Of a DNA stretch of 52,093 nt, positions 48,041 through 52,093 are shown piece by piece. Made by a program: the position numbers and the translations under genes. Under the pieces are notes generated by a model. The model was not told where the DNA came from, made no database searches, and saw only the letters and a list, made by a program, of their open reading frames with translations. The stretch is from Candidatus Binatia bacterium (lineage in GTDB: Bacteria > Desulfobacterota > Binatia > HRBIN30): the NCBI GenBank assembly GCA_038245295.1, contig JBBRSP010000037.1, forward strand, positions 1-52,093, read 5' to 3'. Within the stretch, counting starts at the first letter, position 1, and each line of letters begins with the position of its first letter.

Positions 48041-49435
48041 ATGTCATCGCAGAGGGGGGACGCCGGCACCCATACAGCGTCGGTCGGGCTGGAAGTTCGG
48101 GATGCACCCCCGCCAGCGGTGACCCGCATGTTTCTGCTGCTTCGCTACACCCTGATCGTTGCCACGGCCTATCTCTTGGTGGCCGAGGGGCACTTCACCT
48201 CGCCGCCGGTTTCAAGCCTTCTGCTCATCACCGCGGCGCTTGCCTCGAATGTCCTCCTGGCTGGACTGCGTGGTTCGTTGGCCTACCGGCCGGCTCTCAG
48301 TTTCGTGATTGTTGTCGGCGATACGCTCTGGATCACCGCCGCCCTCCTGCAAACCGGTCGGTTCAATAGCGAGTTCTACTTTCTATACTTCTTCGTGCTC
48401 TTGCTGGCGGCGATCGGGGAGAACCTGGCCTTGATCACGATCGCCGCATGCTTCGTCTGCCTGGCATATGTCTACCTGCTCCAGGCAGGCGGCGGGAATT
48501 GGTTGATTTGGGGTTCGCCATCGCTGATCCGTATTCCCTTTCTGTTCACCACCGCCGCCTTCTACGGCCATCTCGTCGAGCGTTCGCGCGCCGACCTACG
48601 GCGCGCCAAGCAAGAGGAGAAGGCGAGCGAGCAAGAGGTGCGGTTGCTGCATGCCAAGTCAGACATGATCGCCACCGTATCGCACGAATTGCGCACGCCG
48701 CTTCACATCATCATCGGCTACAACGACGTGGTGCGAGAGAACGCCGCAGACCGTTTGACGGCGGACGAACGGCACTGCCTCGAGCGTATTCACGCCAGCG
48801 CCCACGAGTTGAGCGACCTGATCAACGCGATGCTCGATCTGAGCCGCTTGGAAGCCGGGCGTATGCCCCTGTACTTGACCGACACCAATCTGGCTTCGCT
48901 GGCGCAAGAGATCGCAGACGAAACCCAAGAACTGCAGCACAAGCCCGGCGTGACAATGGAGTGGTGTATCGCGTCGAATCTACCGCCGCTCCGAACCGAC
49001 GCCAGCAAGCTGAAGATCGTCATCAAAAATCTAATCAGCAACGCGCTCAAGTTCACCGAGCAAGGAACCGTTACGATGGTCGCCTGCTCCACCCCTGAGG
49101 GCGCCGAGATCTGCGTGACGGACACCGGCCCGGGGATTGCGAGCGAAGCCCTGGCGCTGATTTTCGAACCGTTCCGCCAACTCGCCGAGCCGAACGGCCG
49201 CCAATCCGGCGGTGTCGGCCTCGGCTTGTGTATCGTGCAGCGGTTCATCGAGGCTCTCAATGGGCGCATCAGCGTCGATAGCGAGGTCGGGCGCGGCTCA
49301 TCGTTTCGCGTGTGGATTCCGCACAGCCTGCCGACTGCGTCGGGTACGGCCGTCGGAGACGCGAATCCCGGCATTCTCGAGGTCGGCACGACGTCGGCCG
49401 AGTTTCCCACGCTACACCTCCTCGACAACAACTGA
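48041..49435 (+). CDS. Membrane sensor histidine kinase
   Basis: About 5-6 TM helices, SHELRTPL, NLISNALKF, DTGPGI, GVGLGL; start uncertain (ORF open from 47756). Confidence 0.9.
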   Translation: MSSQRGDAGTHTASVGLEVRDAPPPAVTRMFLLLRYTLIVATAYLLVAEGHFTSPPVSSLLLITAALASNVLLAGLRGSLAYRPALSFVIVVGDTLWITAALLQTGRFNSEFYFLYFFVLLLAAIGENLALITIAACFVCLAYVYLLQAGGGNWLIWGSPSLIRIPFLFTTAAFYGHLVERSRADLRRAKQEEKASEQEVRLLHAKSDMIATVSHELRTPLHIIIGYNDVVRENAADRLTADERHCLERIHASAHELSDLINAMLDLSRLEAGRMPLYLTDTNLASLAQEIADETQELQHKPGVTMEWCIASNLPPLRTDASKLKIVIKNLISNALKFTEQGTVTMVACSTPEGAEICVTDTGPGIASEALALIFEPFRQLAEPNGRQSGGVGLGLCIVQRFIEALNGRISVDSEVGRGSSFRVWIPHSLPTASGTAVGDANPGILEVGTTSAEFPTLHLLDNN

Positions 49436-49570
49436 ACCACGCGTAGCCTCGCCACCATCGCGTCGACGACGAACACGCCTTCCCTGTGAGTCAATGCCAT
49501 GCGGCCACGCCGTCCCCTGGATGGTGCGACGTCGGACTGGCGGGTAGAGTGCGCCACGAACGGAGGGTGC

Positions 49571-49978
49571 ATGCAGGGCTTCGACGCGACAATGGGAGTT
49601 CGCACGGTAAAGGCAACCGAGGACGAAGTGATTCTCGAGTATGACATCGAGGACCGGCACCGTCAGCCGTACGGCATCGTGCACGGCGGCATGCACTGCG
49701 CTGTTGTTGAGACTGCGTGTTCGACTGGTGCCGGGTACTTCGCACTGCAGCGCGGCCAACACGTCGTCGGCGTCGAGAATTGCACCAGCTTCATTCGAGC
49801 CGCGCGCGAAGGAACGATCCGCGTCGTCGCCACGCCGATCACCCGTGGTCGACGCTCGCAAGTGTGGGAAGCAACGGCTCGCGATGCGCGGGATCGGATC
49901 ATCGCCACCGGGCGCGTCCGCTTGCTTTGCCTGGATGCCGGCAGCCAACTCGGCGGCGAGACGGTGAGCGTAAAATAG
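49571..49978 (+). CDS. PaaI family thioesterase (hot-dog fold)
   Basis: HRQPYGIVHGG..AVVET, VVGVEN.TSFIRA; GGAGGG RBS before ATG 49571. Confidence 0.9.
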   Translation: MQGFDATMGVRTVKATEDEVILEYDIEDRHRQPYGIVHGGMHCAVVETACSTGAGYFALQRGQHVVGVENCTSFIRAAREGTIRVVATPITRGRRSQVWEATARDARDRIIATGRVRLLCLDAGSQLGGETVSVK

Positions 49979-50060
49979 GGAGCACCGCTGTGTTGCAGAG
50001 AGCACCCGACGATCGGGTAGTGGCGTCATTTCCGGGGAAGAAGTTCTGGAATCCCGAACT

Positions 50061-50227
50061 CCCCTCTCGCGCCGTGAAGGAGATCCCAGACCGTGGGAGA
50101 GGGTTAGGGTGAGTGTCCGGTCGGCGGATACCTATGTCCCCGACTACCCCTACGAGCCCAGTGGCGAGCCCTCACCCCGACCCTCTCCCACCGATCGACA
50201 AATCCATTCGAAGTGGGAGAGGGGGAG
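50061..50227. repeat. REP-like inverted repeat pair (GGGAGAGGG..GGGTGAG / CCCTCACCCC..CCCTCTCCC family)
   Basis: GTGGGAGAGGGTTAGGGTGAG ... CCCTCACCCCGACCCTCTCCCAC ... GTGGGAGAGGGG. Confidence 0.7.
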
Positions 50228-50315
50228 CTTGGTCTCCAACAACGCGGGGACTGCCCCACCACCGACGATCGACTCAGTCGTCCGTCCGGGTTGATCGCAA
50301 CACCCGCTGACGACT

Positions 50316-51506
50316 ATGCCGCACGGCGTGTCATCCATCCGAAATAGTGCCGCCATCATCGGCATTGGCCAGACCGAGTTCTCGAAACACATCGGTAAGA
50401 CCGAGCAGCGGGTTGCGTGCGAGGCCATCAGCGCCGCGATTGCCGATGCCGGACTCGAGCCGAAAGACATCGATGGGATGGTTCGTTACGACATAGAGAC
50501 AAACACCGAGCTGGCAATCCTCTACAGCCTCGGCATTCCGCACCTGCGTTTCTTCGCCGGAGTCACGTCCGGCGGCGGCGCGGTATGCGGCACCCTGGTG
50601 CTCGCCGCGATGGCGATTGCCACGGGACAAGCCAACAACGTCGTATGCTTTCGCGCTCGCAACCGCGGCAAGCGCTCGGTCACCGGCCCGGGGAAGTTCG
50701 GCGGGGGCCGCCCCTGGGAACGCGCCGCCCGTGAAGTGAGCGACCTCTACCAGTATCACCATCCGTTCGGCCTCATCACACCGGCGCAAGAGATGGCGAT
50801 GATCTACCGGCGACACATGCACGAATACGGCACGACGACCGAGCACTTCGGGCACGTCGCCGTGGCGCAGCGTTTCCATGCCACGCGCAATCCCAATGCC
50901 GTCATGCGCGAGCCAATCGACTTCGATGATCATCGGCAGTCGCGCTGGATTGCCGAGCCTTTGCGCTTGCTCGACTGTTGCCTCGAAACCGACGGCGGCT
51001 GCGCGGTTGTAGTGACGTCGGCCGAGCGGGCGCGTGACGCGCGCCAACCGACCGCCTACATCCTCGCCGGAGCACAGGCCGAGGGGCCGATTCACATCCA
51101 GATGGCTGACTACTGGACCCATCGCCACGAAATCACCTCCGGACGCTCGACAGCCAAGCAGGTGTACGAGATGGCTGGAGTGACAGCGGCCGATGTCGAT
51201 GCCGCGATGTTCTACGACCATTTTTCCCCGGCGGTGCTGACCAGCCTGGAAGACTATGGGTTCTGCAAACCCGGCGAGAGCGGACCCTTCGTGGCCGCCG
51301 GCAACATCCAATGGCCTGACGGGTCGCTGCCGGTGAACACACACGGCGGCAGTCTCTCCGAGGCGTTCATCCACGGCTACAATCACATCCTCGAAGGTGT
51401 ACGGCAGATTCGCGGAACTTCGACGTGCCAGGTGAAAGATGCCGAGCTCGTGTTGGTTACCAGCTCAAACACCGACCCGACCGGAGCGGTGCTGCTGTGC
51501 CGGTAG
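50316..51506 (+). CDS. Thiolase-like lipid-transfer protein (SCPx/Ltp family)
   Basis: AIIGIGQTEFSK, RNPNA, PLRLLDCCLETDGG, FYDHF, LPVNTHGGSLSEA. Confidence 0.9.
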   Translation: MPHGVSSIRNSAAIIGIGQTEFSKHIGKTEQRVACEAISAAIADAGLEPKDIDGMVRYDIETNTELAILYSLGIPHLRFFAGVTSGGGAVCGTLVLAAMAIATGQANNVVCFRARNRGKRSVTGPGKFGGGRPWERAAREVSDLYQYHHPFGLITPAQEMAMIYRRHMHEYGTTTEHFGHVAVAQRFHATRNPNAVMREPIDFDDHRQSRWIAEPLRLLDCCLETDGGCAVVVTSAERARDARQPTAYILAGAQAEGPIHIQMADYWTHRHEITSGRSTAKQVYEMAGVTAADVDAAMFYDHFSPAVLTSLEDYGFCKPGESGPFVAAGNIQWPDGSLPVNTHGGSLSEAFIHGYNHILEGVRQIRGTSTCQVKDAELVLVTSSNTDPTGAVLLCR

Positions 51507-51540
51507 CCATCGGCGGAGTCTGTTTGGAGGCGCAAACAGA

Positions 51541-51945
51541 ATGACCCAGAGACCCATTCCCGTCACGAACCCGGACAATGCCGGCTTTTGGGAGGGCTGC
51601 AGCCGCGGCGAGCTTCGCATTCAGAAATGTGCCGTCTGTAACGCGCGCCGCCATCATCCGAAGCCGGCGTGTTTTGCCTGTGGCAGCTTCGAGTTCGTCT
51701 GGGAACAAATGTCCGGCCGCGGCACGCTCTACACGTTCACCATCGTGCACAACCCGACCTTGGCATCGTTTCAGGATGCCGTGCCGTACAATGTCGCGGT
51801 CGTCCAACTCGACGAGGGACCCTATCTGGTGAGCAACATCGTCGGCTGTACCAATGAAGCGCTGCGTATCGGCATGCCGGTCGAGGTCGTGTTCGAGGCG
51901 GTTGCTGACACAGTCGCCTTGCCGAGATTCCAGCCGGCGCCCTGA
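51541..51945 (+). CDS. DUF35 Zn-ribbon/OB-fold protein
   Basis: FWEGC..GELRIQKCxxC...CxxC, SGRGTLYTFTIVH, IGMPVEVVF; GGAGG RBS. Confidence 0.9.
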   Translation: MTQRPIPVTNPDNAGFWEGCSRGELRIQKCAVCNARRHHPKPACFACGSFEFVWEQMSGRGTLYTFTIVHNPTLASFQDAVPYNVAVVQLDEGPYLVSNIVGCTNEALRIGMPVEVVFEAVADTVALPRFQPAP

Positions 51946-52093
51946 AGCCCACCGGGTGCGCGTCAAATTCGTGGGTGCGAACACCTCGCCTTCACCCAAT
52001 CAGGCAGCGCAACGCCAGAGGTCTTCCCATCGGTTACTGAGGAGACGACAGCGTAGCGCAATCACTGCGTTGGCGCCGGCAACGGTCCAGCGC

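Noticed and set aside
51970..52000. GGGTG...CACCC hairpin after the DUF35 gene
   Set aside because: The stem is too short and lacks a U-tract, so it cannot be supported as a terminator or REP

Overview
GC-rich bacterial chromosomal window with about 33 protein-coding genes. I found no rRNA, tRNA, CRISPR array, prophage or transposase. The gene content and dockerin-like tags suggest a Deltaproteobacteria-related lineage such as Binatota (inference only). Housekeeping and metabolic genes include a TIGR03960-type radical SAM fusion, RNase G, a fused ETF, Lrp-gltB-gltD, opgG-opgH, a single-chain acyl-CoA carboxylase and a thiolase-like/DUF35 pair. Notable points: (1) A set of eukaryote-like secreted proteins sits near two GT-C glycosyltransferases (TMTC-like with TPRs, and GT39/ArnT-like), a possible glycosylated surface-matrix system. 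These are a mucin-like dumbbell protein with an ~790-aa Thr/Pro/Ser stalk, a Zn-protease with 11 disintegrin-like repeats, and a dockerin-tagged BNR-repeat protein. (2) A c-di-AMP (ydaO) riboswitch with an expression platform precedes rlpA. (3) An MIO-type ammonia-lyase with mixed HAL/TAL signatures is translationally coupled to opgGH. (4) A DinB-like ORF is interrupted by an in-frame amber codon. (5) A KDSR-like reductase is present. (6) Several intergenic palindromes are built from 6-, 7- or 8-nt periodic repeats, one of them in two diverged copies 36 kb apart. All family calls come from motif recognition by eye; no database searches were run.
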